A DNA stretch of 64,000 bases. It comes from Calditrichia bacterium (GTDB lineage: Bacteria > Calditrichota > Calditrichia > JAJRVZ01). The translations under genes were made by a program, and so were the position numbers. The stretch is from positions 128,001 through 192,000 of the forward strand of contig CAVZSQ010000015.1 of the NCBI GenBank assembly GCA_963777955.1, given 5' to 3'. Positions 1 through 10,874 of this stretch are shown piece after piece (within the stretch, counting starts at the first letter, position 1; each line of letters begins with the position of its first letter). Below the pieces are notes generated by a model. The model did not search any database and was not told the origin of the DNA. It was given only the letters and a program-made list of their open reading frames with translations.

Positions 1-2
1 AG

Positions 3-326
3 ATCTTTGCGGTTTTTGATATCCATAAATTCTTTCACCGTTTTTACCGGACACATTCAGTCGAGCAGATAGTGCAGGCTTGCGCAGACATTCTGCTGTA
101 CTGCCGGAAATTGAATTTGACCCTGCTTTTACATATAATTGATTCAAGATCGTTCGATGCCGGCCGGGATTCATGGTGCCCGGTTTTCGCAGGTGTAGTA
201 CCATACCGGCGGATCTTTAAACTGCTAAAGGCGAGCCAGGTCTCCTGCGAGGGTATTATCCTGGAATATGAAGATGAACTTATGGCCGCAGAAAGTATTC
301 GGCAGTTGCGCGAGATCAGCATTTGA
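3..326 (+). CDS. 3' part of a probable sugar-phosphate isomerase/epimerase (xylose isomerase-like TIM barrel), truncated by window edge
   Basis: Open frame from window start (IFAVFDIHKF...LHIIDS...GVVPYRRIFKLLK...GIILEYED); FDxxK, HxxD and ILE pattern typical of AP-endonuclease-2-type barrels. Confidence 0.5.
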   Translation: MFAVFDIHKFFHRFYRTHSVEQIVQACADILLYCRKLNLTLLLHIIDSRSFDAGRDSWCPVFAGVVPYRRIFKLLKASQVSCEGIILEYEDELMAAESIRQLREISI

Positions 327-399
327 AACCGGGCCGGTCATTTTTATGAAACATTTAAACGTTACAGCTGTAAAATAAAAGAAGAAGTCTGGAAGATCT

Positions 400-750
400 A
401 TGAGTTTTGATAATTCTACATTTGTTTACCTGCTGTTAATTATTCTGATTTCTCTGGCTTTGATTCAGATTTTTTCTTTCAGCAAATTAATTCAGACCAT
501 GCGCCAGATCACTAAAATGTTGCTGGAAATACGACTGGTCTTTAAAAAGTCCGGAATTTATTACGATCAGCATGCGCAGCGGATCGTGGCCCATAAATCC
601 TGCCAATTCTGCCGGCATAGAATTTCCTATATCAAAACCAATGATGAAGAGGAAAACGAAGGATTCTATTACCGCTGCCGGCACCGTAATGTGGAAATTA
701 TGCTTCACGATTCCTGTGAATACTTCGACCGGGATTTTGGATCAGTCTAA
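400..750 (+). CDS. Small membrane-anchored hypothetical protein with C-terminal four-Cys motif
   Basis: N-terminal hydrophobic helix (FVYLLLIILISLALIQIF), then CQFC...YRC...DSCEYF. Confidence 0.7.
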   Translation: MSFDNSTFVYLLLIILISLALIQIFSFSKLIQTMRQITKMLLEIRLVFKKSGIYYDQHAQRIVAHKSCQFCRHRISYIKTNDEEENEGFYYRCRHRNVEIMLHDSCEYFDRDFGSV

Positions 751-766
751 AGATAACAATACTTGA

Positions 767-1666
767 ATGGAAAATAATCTATACCGGGAATACCTGCGAC
801 CGGAAATCCTGAGCAAGATCAATAATCTGGAATTGCGTGCAAAACTGGTTGTGGAAGGTTTCATTACCGGTCTGCATCGCAGTCCTTTCCATGGTTTCAG
901 CGTGGAATTTTCACAGCACCGCCCATATAACACGGGGGACAGTCTGCGCTTTATTGATTGGAAAGTTTTCGGCCGTACCGATCGTTTTTATATTAAACAG
1001 TACGAAGAAGAAACCAACCTTAAATCTTATATCCTGCTGGATTGCAGCCGGTCGATGACCTATGCGACCGCCGGAATCAGTAAATTGCAGTATGGCAAGT
1101 TTCTGGCCGCCGCTTTGACCTATCTGATGCTGCTGCAACGGGATGCCGTGGGCCTTATTACTTTCGATTCGCAGATAAAAAAATTGATACCGGCCAGGTC
1201 GACCTCCCCTTATCTGCAGGTATTGTTGAGCGAATTAGACAATGCCGCGCCGGGCAACGATACGGACATCGGAACGGTACTGCATATTATGGCAGAGCGC
1301 CTAAAACGAAAGGGATTGATGATCCTGATCTCCGATCTTTTTGATCTTCCGGAAAAAGTTATTTCCGGTTTACGCCATTTCCGGCACAATAAGCATGAGG
1401 TGCTGGTCTTTCAATTATTGGATCCGCATGAGCGGCAGTTAGACTTTAAAGGTGATATCCAGTTTGAAGATCTGGAAACAGGCGAAAAAATTACGACCCA
1501 ACCCTGGTATATAAAACATGCTTACCAACAGAAGGTGGAAGAGTTTATCAATCAGCTGAAATCCCAGTGCCGGAATAATAAGATTGATTACCAGTTGATT
1601 GAAACAAGTAATACACTGGATCTGGCCTTGATGGAGTACTTAATCAAGCGCAGGAAACTGATCTGA
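767..1666 (+). CDS. DUF58 / vWA-domain protein (MoxR-associated)
   Basis: GLHRSPFHGFSVEFSQHRPY, DxLRFIDWKVFGR, KQYEEET, LDCSRSM, LISDLFD motifs. Confidence 0.92.
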   Translation: MENNLYREYLRPEILSKINNLELRAKLVVEGFITGLHRSPFHGFSVEFSQHRPYNTGDSLRFIDWKVFGRTDRFYIKQYEEETNLKSYILLDCSRSMTYATAGISKLQYGKFLAAALTYLMLLQRDAVGLITFDSQIKKLIPARSTSPYLQVLLSELDNAAPGNDTDIGTVLHIMAERLKRKGLMILISDLFDLPEKVISGLRHFRHNKHEVLVFQLLDPHERQLDFKGDIQFEDLETGEKITTQPWYIKHAYQQKVEEFINQLKSQCRNNKIDYQLIETSNTLDLALMEYLIKRRKLI

Positions 1667-1674
1667 TACCCGGC

Positions 1675-1714
1675 AAAAAAAACGGCGCCGGGTTCAAAAT
1701 TATCCCGGCACCGT
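1675..1714 (-). terminator. Rho-independent terminator after pepD (between convergent genes)
   Basis: Minus strand ACGGTGCCGGG-loop-CCCGGCGCCGT followed by T8. Confidence 0.75.
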
Positions 1715-1755
1715 ACAGCAGAATATCGCCGCAGCACCTGTTTCAGAATCGATGC

Positions 1756-3219
1756 TTACAGGCCTCTCGGCACTTTCAGTAATTCCAGCAGGTAGTTCCA
1801 GGTTTTTTCCACTGCCGGAATATGAACCCGTTCATCAGGGGAGTGCGCACCCATGATGGTCGGACCGAACGAGAGCATATCCATCCCCGGGTATTTTTCA
1901 CCGATGATTCCGCATTCCAGGCCGGCATGAATTGCTTTAACCTCGGGCTTTTTACCGCTGTAGATCTGTTCATAAGTCTGCACCGCTGATTTCAACAGTT
2001 GAGAATTCGGATTCGGCTGCCAGGCCGGATACCCGCCGCCCTGTTCTACGTCAAAGGTTGCCAGTTCGCCCAGTGCTTTGACCTTGTCGGCAATATCCAG
2101 TATGGCCGAAGCCACAGAACTGCGCTGGCTGGTGGTCAACTCAAGTTGTTTTTCCCTGGTTTGTACGATGGCCATGTTCGTGGAAGTCTCGACCAGTCCG
2201 GCAATGGCCTGGCTCATGGCAATAACTCCGTGCGGCATGGCATAGATCAGGTTGATCAGATTGCGTTGTAATTGCGGTGTGAAAACCGCTCTGATCTTTT
2301 CGGCCGGTTCTAATTTTACATATACACCGGCATCGATAAATTGCAGTTCGTTTTTAAGAACAGCGGACATTTCTTTGACGTAGTTCTGCAAAATCCGGAC
2401 TTTATTGGCCGGGACACAGATCAAACCTTCGGCATCGCGGGGAATAGCATTGTGTTTACTTCCGCCATTTATGGCTGCCAGGGCAAAATCCAGTTTATTA
2501 CTCAACTCGTACAAAACGCGGCTGAGCAGTTTGATTGAATTGCCCAGGCCCTGATGAATATTCAGACCCGAATGACCGCCGCTTAATCCGCCCACTATTA
2601 CTTTATATGATTTCCAGCCGTTCTTCGGCTTTTTCCAGTTCACTTTTTTACGCAGAATTGTATGTTTGCCACCGGCACAACCGATATAAAATGCACCTTC
2701 TTCTTCTGAATCCAGATTTAACAGCAGACGGCTTTTTACAAAATCCGATTTCAAAGCTACAGCGCCGGTTAAACCGGTTTCCTCATCAACGGTAAACAGG
2801 AATTCCATAGGCGGATGGACCAGGGATTTATCTTCCATGACTGCCAGGGCATAGGCCACCCCGATACCATTATCTGCACCGAGGGTTGTGCCGTTGGCTT
2901 TAATCCATTCACCATCCCGCAGCAGGTCGATGGGATCTTTGCTGAAATCATGAGCGCTGTCTTTATTTTTTTCACCTACCATATCGGTGTGTCCCTGCAA
3001 TACTACGGACGGGCGTTGTTCCATCCCGGCGCTGGCAGGTTTGGATACGATAATATTGCCGCATTTATCTTTTTTACAGGGCAGGTTATTTCTGGCGGCC
3101 ACAGACATGATATATTTACCAACCGCTTCCTCATTGCCGGAGCAACGCGGAATCTGGCTGAGTTGGTAGAAATGTTCCCAAACCAGAGCGGGTTTAAGAT
3201 CGGCAATTGCTGCTTTCAA
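1756..3219 (-). CDS. pepD: Aminoacyl-histidine dipeptidase (M20 family)
   Basis: LQGHTDMV, TTLGADNGIG, TVDEETGL, NLDSEEEG, GGHSG, IHAGLECG, AHSPDER; TTG start with AAGGAG RBS. Confidence 0.93.
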   Translation of the reverse strand: MKAAIADLKPALVWEHFYQLSQIPRCSGNEEAVGKYIMSVAARNNLPCKKDKCGNIIVSKPASAGMEQRPSVVLQGHTDMVGEKNKDSAHDFSKDPIDLLRDGEWIKANGTTLGADNGIGVAYALAVMEDKSLVHPPMEFLFTVDEETGLTGAVALKSDFVKSRLLLNLDSEEEGAFYIGCAGGKHTILRKKVNWKKPKNGWKSYKVIVGGLSGGHSGLNIHQGLGNSIKLLSRVLYELSNKLDFALAAINGGSKHNAIPRDAEGLICVPANKVRILQNYVKEMSAVLKNELQFIDAGVYVKLEPAEKIRAVFTPQLQRNLINLIYAMPHGVIAMSQAIAGLVETSTNMAIVQTREKQLELTTSQRSSVASAILDIADKVKALGELATFDVEQGGGYPAWQPNPNSQLLKSAVQTYEQIYSGKKPEVKAIHAGLECGIIGEKYPGMDMLSFGPTIMGAHSPDERVHIPAVEKTWNYLLELLKVPRGL

Positions 3220-3245
3220 ACTGAACTCCTTTCTGTACTCTATTT

Positions 3246-5274
3246 TTAGGACATGGCTTGCGGCGGCGCCGGTTGATCGGGACTACCGGCATTGTTCAGC
3301 GGAATGCGCACCAGGATCCAACCGATGATCAGGAAAACCAGTAAGGTTGGTGTAAACTGCAGCATCGATTCTGTTTGCTGGAATACTGCTGGTATTTCCC
3401 AATTCATCACCGCAAAAAAGGCGAATAATAGTCCAATTAACGCCTCGCCGGCAATAAGTCCGGCTGATATTAGAATTCCTGTGTTTTCTACCCGTATTTT
3501 TTGAGCCGTATTAAATTTTCTCCGTTCCGTGAAGAAATCGACTATACCGCGAATGATGCCACCGATAAATATAGCGAATGATGTTTCCAGGGGCAGATAC
3601 ATGCCCACACACACCAGCATCGGACTTTTCACCCGTAACAGAATAAAACCAACTGCCATCAGTATACCGACGATAATCAACGGCCAGGCCATATCGCCGC
3701 CTACAATACCCTCGGCCAGGACAGCCATCAAACTGGCCTGGGGTGCCGGATATTTTTCACCACCCAGCCCGGTACCGCCCTGATTAATATCGCCCTGGTG
3801 CAGGATCAGCAGGGGAAAGAACATTACTGCCGATGCCAGTAATACTCCAATCAGATTTCCGGTCTGCATCTTCCACGGTGTACCGCCTAAAATATGGCCA
3901 ACTTTCAGATCCTGCAACATTTCTCCGGCAACTGCAGCGGACACACAAATTACCGCCGCAACACCAAGCACCGCGGCCACACCGGGCAATCCGGTGACGC
4001 CCAGAGTTACCATCAGGATAGCAGCCACAATCAAGGTGGAGAGGGTTAATCCGGAAATCGGATTATTGCTTGAACCTATCAAACCGACCAGATAGCCGGA
4101 AACAGCTGCAAAAAAGAAACCGGCAATGATCATAACGATTGTGGCGGCCAGAGCGCCGACCATCAGTGCCTGCGAAATAATAATAAATGAAAAAAGTGGC
4201 GATGGAAGCCAGACCTATACCGATAAAAACCCATTTAAAATTCATATCTTTTTGTGTGCGCACTTCCTGCTTGCTGGTCCCGCTGGCCGCAGCACGAACA
4301 TCTTTAACAGCCCGGCCCAGTCCGGCTGATAAACTTTTACGCATGCGGAACAGGGTATAGGCTGCGCTCATTAACATGCCGCCAATGGCAATAGGCCGGA
4401 CAATATTTCGCCAGACGCTGACTGCCATATTGATCCCATCCTCGCTGGCTATCTCACTGCCAAGCAGTTGCGGTCCAAGAAAATAAAGTAACAGCGGCAC
4501 GAACAAACCCCAGGCCAGCAAGCCACCGGTAAAGTTCAAGGCGGCCAATTGCGGCCCGATGATATATCCGACCCCCATATATGCCGGACTGACACCCGGT
4601 GTACTGATCAGCGCACCGCCGCCTGTCTGGGCGGAAGCGGAACCGATACCAAGTGTTTTTTTACCGAATGAGATAAAGGCTTCTCCTTTGCTGGCGAATA
4701 CCTTGAATTCTTTAAGAAATTGAGTTAAAGCACCCAGGCCCATTGCTCCAAATAGAAATTTGGCGCCACTGCCGCTGGATTGACCCGCTTTGTGAATTTC
4801 TGCAGCGGCAACAGATTCCGGAAAGGGCAGTTCTGTGTCTTCCACCATTACCCGCCGCAGGATCGTAACGAACAGGATTCCGATTACCGCGCCGACGAAC
4901 ATGATCGCTGTGGCCTGCAGGTAATGCGATACCGACCAGAAGTCACCTTCCCAGACTTTCCGGCCGGCAACTTCGGCAATTATAAAAGCCGGGATAGTAA
5001 AAATGGCCCCGGCAGCAACCGATTCACCGATCGAACCCACCGTTCTGGCAATATTCTCTTCCAGAATATTTCCGCGCATCAGCCTTAAAACAGCCATACC
5101 GATCACGGCAGCAGGATAGGTTGCCGCGATCGTCATCCCTGCTTTAAGGCCCAGGTAAGCATTAGCAGCTCCCAGAATAACTGTCATAAATAATCCAAGT
5201 ATCACAGCCTTGAGTGTAAATTCTTTTAAATTTGTTTCTGGGGGTACATACGATTTAAAGTCATTTTTAGCCAT
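3246..5274 (-). CDS. OPT-family oligopeptide transporter, split by one frameshift near 4165
   Basis: NAYLGLKAGMT, ENIARTVGSIGES, LPFPES, GSSNNPISG, LQDLKVGH, PAPQA spread over two overlapping ORFs (4063-5274 and 3246-4163). Confidence 0.9.
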
Positions 5275-5333
5275 TTGGACTCCTCGCTATATTATTTTGA
5301 CAGGCCCCGATAATTCACTCTAAAAGAAGAGAA

Positions 5334-5362
5334 AAACTAATTTTTCGCTCCGTAAAAGTCAA
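5334..5362 (-). promoter_or_regulatory. Putative sigma70 promoter for OPT-pepD
   Basis: TTGACT-17 nt-TAGTTT on minus strand. Confidence 0.5.
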
Positions 5363-5487
5363 GCCTTAATTCTGCATTCTTTCTCCGGTTTTTAAAAATA
5401 ATCATATTTAAACCTGATTTTGGCGTTTTTTAACATAAAATAGCCGGTTTTTCGGTTTTTCCGGGCCGGAATGGGGTCTAAATAGAT

Positions 5488-5516
5488 TTGCAATAAACAT
5501 GAATATTTATTAAGTT
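5488..5516 (+). promoter_or_regulatory. Putative sigma70 promoter for the truA operon
   Basis: TTGCAA-17 nt-TAAGTT. Confidence 0.5.
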
Positions 5517-5545
5517 TAAACCTGTTTTTATTTATTTAAAACTGC

Positions 5546-6272
5546 ATGAGATTTCGCCTGGGCATAGAATATGAAGGTACGGAGTACTGTGGATGGCAGT
5601 TTCAGGCAGGACAACGTACTATCCAGGGTGAAATTGAACGGGCATTACTGATTGCTTTGAAGGAGAAAGTATCTGTAACCGGTGCAGGCAGAACAGATAG
5701 CGGTGTGCATGCGCGGGGACAGATTGCTCATTTTGATTCCCTGCGGGAATTTGAATGCGGGATAATGGAAAGATCGCTCAACGGCATTTTACCCCGCGAT
5801 ATTCGGATTACCGAAGTTACACCCGTGGATAACACTTTTCATGCCCGTTACAGTGCCCGGCAGAGAGAATATTGTTATTACATTACCAGGAAACCAAGCG
5901 CCCTGTTGCGTGGATTCAGTTGGTTTATTTCCATTCCGCTTGATGTTAAGGTAATGCAACTCGCGGCACAGGAAATACTGGGAATTAAAAATTTTAAAAG
6001 TTTCAGCCGCACGGATACCGAGGTAAAAAATTTTAATTGTAATGTCAGTAATGCTGACTGGCTGGAACAAGAATAGTCTGTTACTGTTTAAAATCAAAGC
6101 TGATCGTTTTTTATATGGAATGGTAAGGGCTCTGGTCGGTACTCTGGTCGATATCGGTAAAGGCAAGCGCGGCCGCTCGGATTTGTCCAGAATATTGAAT
6201 GCTGAAAACCGGCAGATGGCCGGTCAGGCTGCTCCGGCCAGAGGTTTAATTCTGGAAAAAGTATATTATTAG
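5546..6272 (+). CDS. truA: tRNA pseudouridine(38-40) synthase, frameshift near 6070
   Basis: GWQFQ, GAGRTDSGVHARGQ, FHARYSA in first ORF; RFLYGMVR and APARGLIL in second frame. Confidence 0.93.
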
Positions 6273-6301
6273 TATAGAAAAAAAATATAAGGAGTCGGAA
6301 A

Positions 6302-6949
6302 ATGAAATTTTTCATCGATACCGCTAATCTGGATGAAATTCGTCAGGCTGCATCGATTGGTATTCTGGATGGGGTAACCACGAATCCCACCTTGCTGTCC
6401 AGAGAAAAAGGGGATCCGGAAGAGATCCTGCGTAAGATCTGTGAACTGGTCAATGGCCCGATCAGCGCCGAGGTAGTTTCGCTTGATGCCGAGGGTATGG
6501 TGCGCGAGGGCAGAAAGTTGGCGAAGTTGCATAAAAATATCGTGGTTAAAATCCCGATGTGCGCCGAAGGCTTAAAAGCGGTGAAAATCCTGACTGCAGA
6601 AAAAATCCGCGTCAATGTGACCCTGATATTCACGCCGGTCCAGGCGCTGCTTGCTGCCAGAGCCGGTGCAGCATATGTCAGTCCCTTTGTAGGCCGTCTG
6701 GATGATATCGGTGCGGCCGGAATGGATATCATATCGCAGATTGCCCAGATCTTCGGAAACTATGATATCAAAACCGAAATTATCGTGGCCAGTATCCGCA
6801 ATCCTGTACACGTCCTGGATTCAGCACTGTTAGGTGCAGACATTGCCACGATTCCCTTCAAGGTAATTGAACAATTGACCAAACATCCCTTGACCGACAA
6901 GGGTATAGAAAACTTTTTGAAAGACTGGGAAAAAGTAAAGAACCGTTAA
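6302..6949 (+). CDS. tal: Transaldolase (short TalC/FSA family)
   Basis: [36 protein letters not shown]; Glu/Phe pair typical of true transaldolase. Confidence 0.92.
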   Translation: MKFFIDTANLDEIRQAASIGILDGVTTNPTLLSREKGDPEEILRKICELVNGPISAEVVSLDAEGMVREGRKLAKLHKNIVVKIPMCAEGLKAVKILTAEKIRVNVTLIFTPVQALLAARAGAAYVSPFVGRLDDIGAAGMDIISQIAQIFGNYDIKTEIIVASIRNPVHVLDSALLGADIATIPFKVIEQLTKHPLTDKGIENFLKDWEKVKNR

Positions 6950-6976
6950 ACGCAATAAAGTACAGGAATGTAATTG

Positions 6977-8194
6977 ATGCGTACTTTAATAAAAACCATA
7001 CTTTTAATCGTTTTTGGATTTTGTGCCGGGGCAATATTTTATTCATTGTATAAACATCAGGATTCCTTATCCATGCCATCGGTCGATTCCCTGTTGGCCA
7101 GTAAGGCAGTAGCAGCTGGCCAGAACCTCTCCGCGGCCAACCAGCAAATCGCCGCGTCCAGGATGAACAGCATTACTCAGGCCGTGGATTTAGTGAGTCC
7201 GGCCGTGATCAGCGTGAATGTGCTGCAACTGCGCCAGATCGTACAGCGCAGCCCGTTCTCTTCACGGGATCCATTTTTAAGAGAGTTTTTCCCTGAACTT
7301 TTTAAGGACAGGAGATACCAGCAGGAAATTCAGGAAATTGGTTCCGGTTTTCTTATCTCTGCGGATGGATTTATTCTGACCAACCATCATGTGGTGCAGG
7401 ATGCCAATCAAATCGTGATCACCATGCCCGGCGGCAAGAAGGCTGATGCACGCATAATCGGCACCGATCCGACTACCGATATAGCCTTATTAAAAATTGA
7501 TCTGGAAAATTTACCTTATGCCCGTTTCGGGAATTCGGATCAGGTTATTCTGGGCGAGTGGGTTATTGCCATCGGTAATCCTTTCGGATTGTTTGAGATC
7601 AACAACCGCAATACCGTGACGGTCGGTGTGGTCAGCGCAGTTGACCGCGACTTTGGCGAAATGGAAGGTCGGATTTATCAGGATATGATCCAGACCGATG
7701 CCTCCATCAATCGGGGCAACAGCGGCGGACCGTTGTGCAATGCCCTGGGGGAGGTGATCGGCATGAATACTTTTATTTATACCGGAAGCCAGTACAGTGA
7801 AGGATCGGTCGGTATAGGTTTTGCCATTCCGATTAACCGGATTTCCCGCCTGCTCGATGACCTGAAAAAATATCATAAAATAGATCGTGATTTCTGGGTC
7901 GGTATAAAAATCCAGAATCTGGATAACGTTATCGCCAAAAAAATGGGTTTCAACGGCACCGATGGCGTACTGGTCCATTATATCGACCGCGGCAGCCCGG
8001 CGGAAAAAGCGGGTATGAAACTGGGCGATATTATTACCGAGATAAATGGTCTTAAAATAACCAGTGATAAGGATGTTTTCGAGATCGTTTATGGCACTGA
8101 TCTGCGGGTGGGGGATCAACTGCCCTTCACGATCTGGCGGGATGGCGAACAGGTTAAATTAAATTTAGTACTGGTAAGTTTAAAGAATAATTAA
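6977..8194 (+). CDS. htrA: HtrA/DegP-family serine protease with one PDZ domain
   Basis: N-terminal TM helix, TNHHVV, DIAL, QTDASINRGNSGGPL, C-terminal PDZ (GSPAEKAG). Confidence 0.92.
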   Translation: MRTLIKTILLIVFGFCAGAIFYSLYKHQDSLSMPSVDSLLASKAVAAGQNLSAANQQIAASRMNSITQAVDLVSPAVISVNVLQLRQIVQRSPFSSRDPFLREFFPELFKDRRYQQEIQEIGSGFLISADGFILTNHHVVQDANQIVITMPGGKKADARIIGTDPTTDIALLKIDLENLPYARFGNSDQVILGEWVIAIGNPFGLFEINNRNTVTVGVVSAVDRDFGEMEGRIYQDMIQTDASINRGNSGGPLCNALGEVIGMNTFIYTGSQYSEGSVGIGFAIPINRISRLLDDLKKYHKIDRDFWVGIKIQNLDNVIAKKMGFNGTDGVLVHYIDRGSPAEKAGMKLGDIITEINGLKITSDKDVFEIVYGTDLRVGDQLPFTIWRDGEQVKLNLVLVSLKNN

Positions 8195-8195
8195 A

Positions 8196-9495
8196 ATGAT
8201 CGATCGTTATACCTTACCCGAGATGGGCCGGATTTGGAGTGATGAAAACCGGTTCACGATCTGGTTAAAAATTGAATTACTGGCCTGTGAAATACACCAG
8301 CAGGCTCGGTTTAATTCCCGCAGCTGCCTTAAAGCAGATTAAAAAACAGGCCCGCTTTGAGGTGGCCAGAATACTGGAGATCGAAGAGGAAGTCAAGCAT
8401 GATGTGATTGCCTTTTTGACCAATGTCGCCGAATATGTCGGCGACGAATCCCGCTACATACATTATGGTCTGACCTCTTCCGATGTTCTGGATACTGCCC
8501 TGGCCGTGCAGATGGTTGAAGCCGGGGAATTGATCAAAAAATCATTGCAGTCGCTGATTGCAGTGGTCAGGCGGCGGGCTTTGGAAACAAAGCACCTGCC
8601 GATGATCGGCCGGTCTCATGGAGTACATGCTGAACCGATCACCCTTGGTTTTAAATTGGCGATCTGGTATGATGAACTGAATCGTCAACTGCTGCGCCTG
8701 GAGCAGGCCATCGAATCGATCAGGGTTGGAAAGATCTCCGGTGCAGTCGGGACCTATGAACACATCGATCCGCGCGTGCAGGATTATGTTTGTGAAAAAC
8801 TGGGTTTAAAATCCGCCAAGATCTCAACCCAGATCCTGCAACGTGATCGCCATGCGCAGTATATGACCACCCTGGCCCTGATCGGCTGCAGTCTGGAAAA
8901 GTTCACGGTGGAAATACGGCATTTACAGCGTACCGAGGTGCTGGAAGCGGCTGAATACTTCGGCAAGCAGCAAAAAGGTTCATCGGCCATGCCGCACAAA
9001 CGTAATCCGATAATTTCCGAGAGGATCAGCGGACTGGCCCGCCTGTTGCGTGGAAATTCCCTGGCAGCTATGGAAAATGTGGCGTTGTGGCATGAACGTG
9101 ATATTTCGCATTCATCGGTGGAACGGGTAATCCTGCCGGATTCCACCATCACACTCCACTATATGCTGGAAAAAACCGTCAAACTGATCGATACTCTGGA
9201 AATCTATCCGGACAAAATGCTGGAAAATCTGAACCTGACTAAAGGTTTGATTTTTTCTCAGGCTATCCTGCTGGCCCTGACCAGAAAAGGGGTCAGCCGT
9301 GAAAGCGGATACCGGCTGGTTCAGCGTAATGCCATGCGCGTCTGGGGGGAGAAGATCGCATTTAAAACTGCCTTACTGCAGGATGATGAGGTCAGGCAAT
9401 ATCTCGCTGAGACAGAAATCGAACAGATTTTCGGTATGGAAAATAGACGGGAGAAAATAGATTATATTTTTAAGAAAGTCGGATTAGAACCGTAG
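8196..9495 (+). CDS. purB: Adenylosuccinate lyase, frameshift near 8297
   Basis: MIDRYTLPEMGRIWS from ATG 8196; then KHDVIAF, HYGLTSSD, GRSHGVHAEP, GSSAMPHKRNP in shifted frame. Confidence 0.95.
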
Positions 9496-9509
9496 TGTTA
9501 AGGAGGCGT

Positions 9510-10224
9510 ATGGCCAGTAAAAAAATTCTCTGGGACAATGGAATTAAAAAAGTGTATGAAACTAACAATGAGGATCAACTTCTGTTAGAATTCACGGATA
9601 ATTTTATCACCGCCGACGGTGAGAAAAAAGGTAAAATCAAAGGTAAAAGCCGATACAATACCAATCTGTCATCGCGCTTATACGAATACCTGGAGAGTTA
9701 TCATGTGATGACCTGGTTTATTTCCAAAGAAAGCGAAGATGAACTGCTGGTTAAAAGATCTGAAATTCTGCCGGTTGATGTCGTGATTACCAATATAGCC
9801 AGCGGCAGCATCTGTCGCCGTTTTGGCCTGGAGGATGCCACAGAATTTGAAGCGCCCATGATCGAGTATTATTATGTTAATGACAAAATAAAAAATCCGC
9901 TGATAAATGATACGCACCTGCTGGCGCTGAAATTGGCCTCGGCCGAAGAGGTACGCTCCATTGTCCGTATTCTGCCGAAAATAAATGCCCTGTTAAAATC
10001 ATTTTTTGAACGCCGGAAATTGAGACTGGTAGAATTGCGCTGCAAATTCGGCAGATATAAAGGGCATATGGTACTGGCCAGTGATCTGACCCTGGAATTT
10101 TTTAAAGTCTGGGATGCCGAAACCAATGATAAGTATGATGTGGAACGATTTGCGGCTAATCTGACCTAAAATCGAAGAGATTTATCAAACCATTCAAAAC
10201 CGGGCTATGGGTGAGGTCGAATAA
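9510..10224 (+). CDS. purC: SAICAR synthetase (PurC)-like protein with degenerate active-site motifs; frameshift near 10167
   Basis: Colinear with PurC (KKVY, ITADGEKK, IASGSICRRFG, INALLKSFF, WDAET); AGGAGG RBS; reading continues KIEEIYQ...GEVE* after shift. Confidence 0.8.
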
Positions 10225-10227
10225 ACA

Positions 10228-10872
10228 ATGTTTGCCCCGGATGGATATAAAATTATTGTAATCGTGGCAGCAGCATTTCTTTTTTTAGTCTTGCTGGCCT
10301 GTCTCTTTCCTCTGCTGATATTCAAGATACTGGCCGTGCTGGCCGGAATTATTACTCTTTTTAATTTCTATTTCTTCAGGGATCCTGAGCGTCAAATCCC
10401 CAGCGCTGAAAATTTAATCCTTTCTCCCGCCGACGGCACTGTAATAAAAATCGAACAGATTTACGAACCATATTATCTTCGTGATACCGTGACCTGTGTC
10501 AGTATCTTCATGTCGGTGCTGAGTGTTCACGTCAACCGGATTCCTGTTTCGGGGACCGTGGATTTCATTAAATATATTGAAGGCAAATTCCGCGTGGCCT
10601 ATGTAGATAAAGCCTCCGAAGAGAATGAACAGAGTATTATCGGTATCCGAGGTCCCGCACAAAAGGTTTTATTCAAACAGATTGCTGGAATCGTGGCCAG
10701 GCGGATTGTTTTTCATCTGCAGGCAGGTCAACAGGTCCGGGCGGGTGACCGTTTTGGCTTAATCCGTTACGGTTCCAGAGTAGATATATTTTTCAGTCCC
10801 AAGGTGCAGATAAAAGTGAAGCCCGGTGATAAAGTTTTTGGTGGCACAACGATAATTGGAGAGTTTAACTGA
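10228..10872 (+). CDS. psd: Phosphatidylserine decarboxylase proenzyme
   Basis: FFRDPER, SPADG, IFMSVLSVHVNR, QIAGIVARRI, YGSRVD self-cleavage motif. Confidence 0.93.
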   Translation: MFAPDGYKIIVIVAAAFLFLVLLACLFPLLIFKILAVLAGIITLFNFYFFRDPERQIPSAENLILSPADGTVIKIEQIYEPYYLRDTVTCVSIFMSVLSVHVNRIPVSGTVDFIKYIEGKFRVAYVDKASEENEQSIIGIRGPAQKVLFKQIAGIVARRIVFHLQAGQQVRAGDRFGLIRYGSRVDIFFSPKVQIKVKPGDKVFGGTTIIGEFN

Positions 10873-10874
10873 AT

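Noticed and set aside
7511..8119. Long antisense ORFs (e.g. 7511-8119, 17739-18281, 52140-52721)
   Set aside because: They shadow well-conserved genes on the opposite strand and have no motifs or RBS
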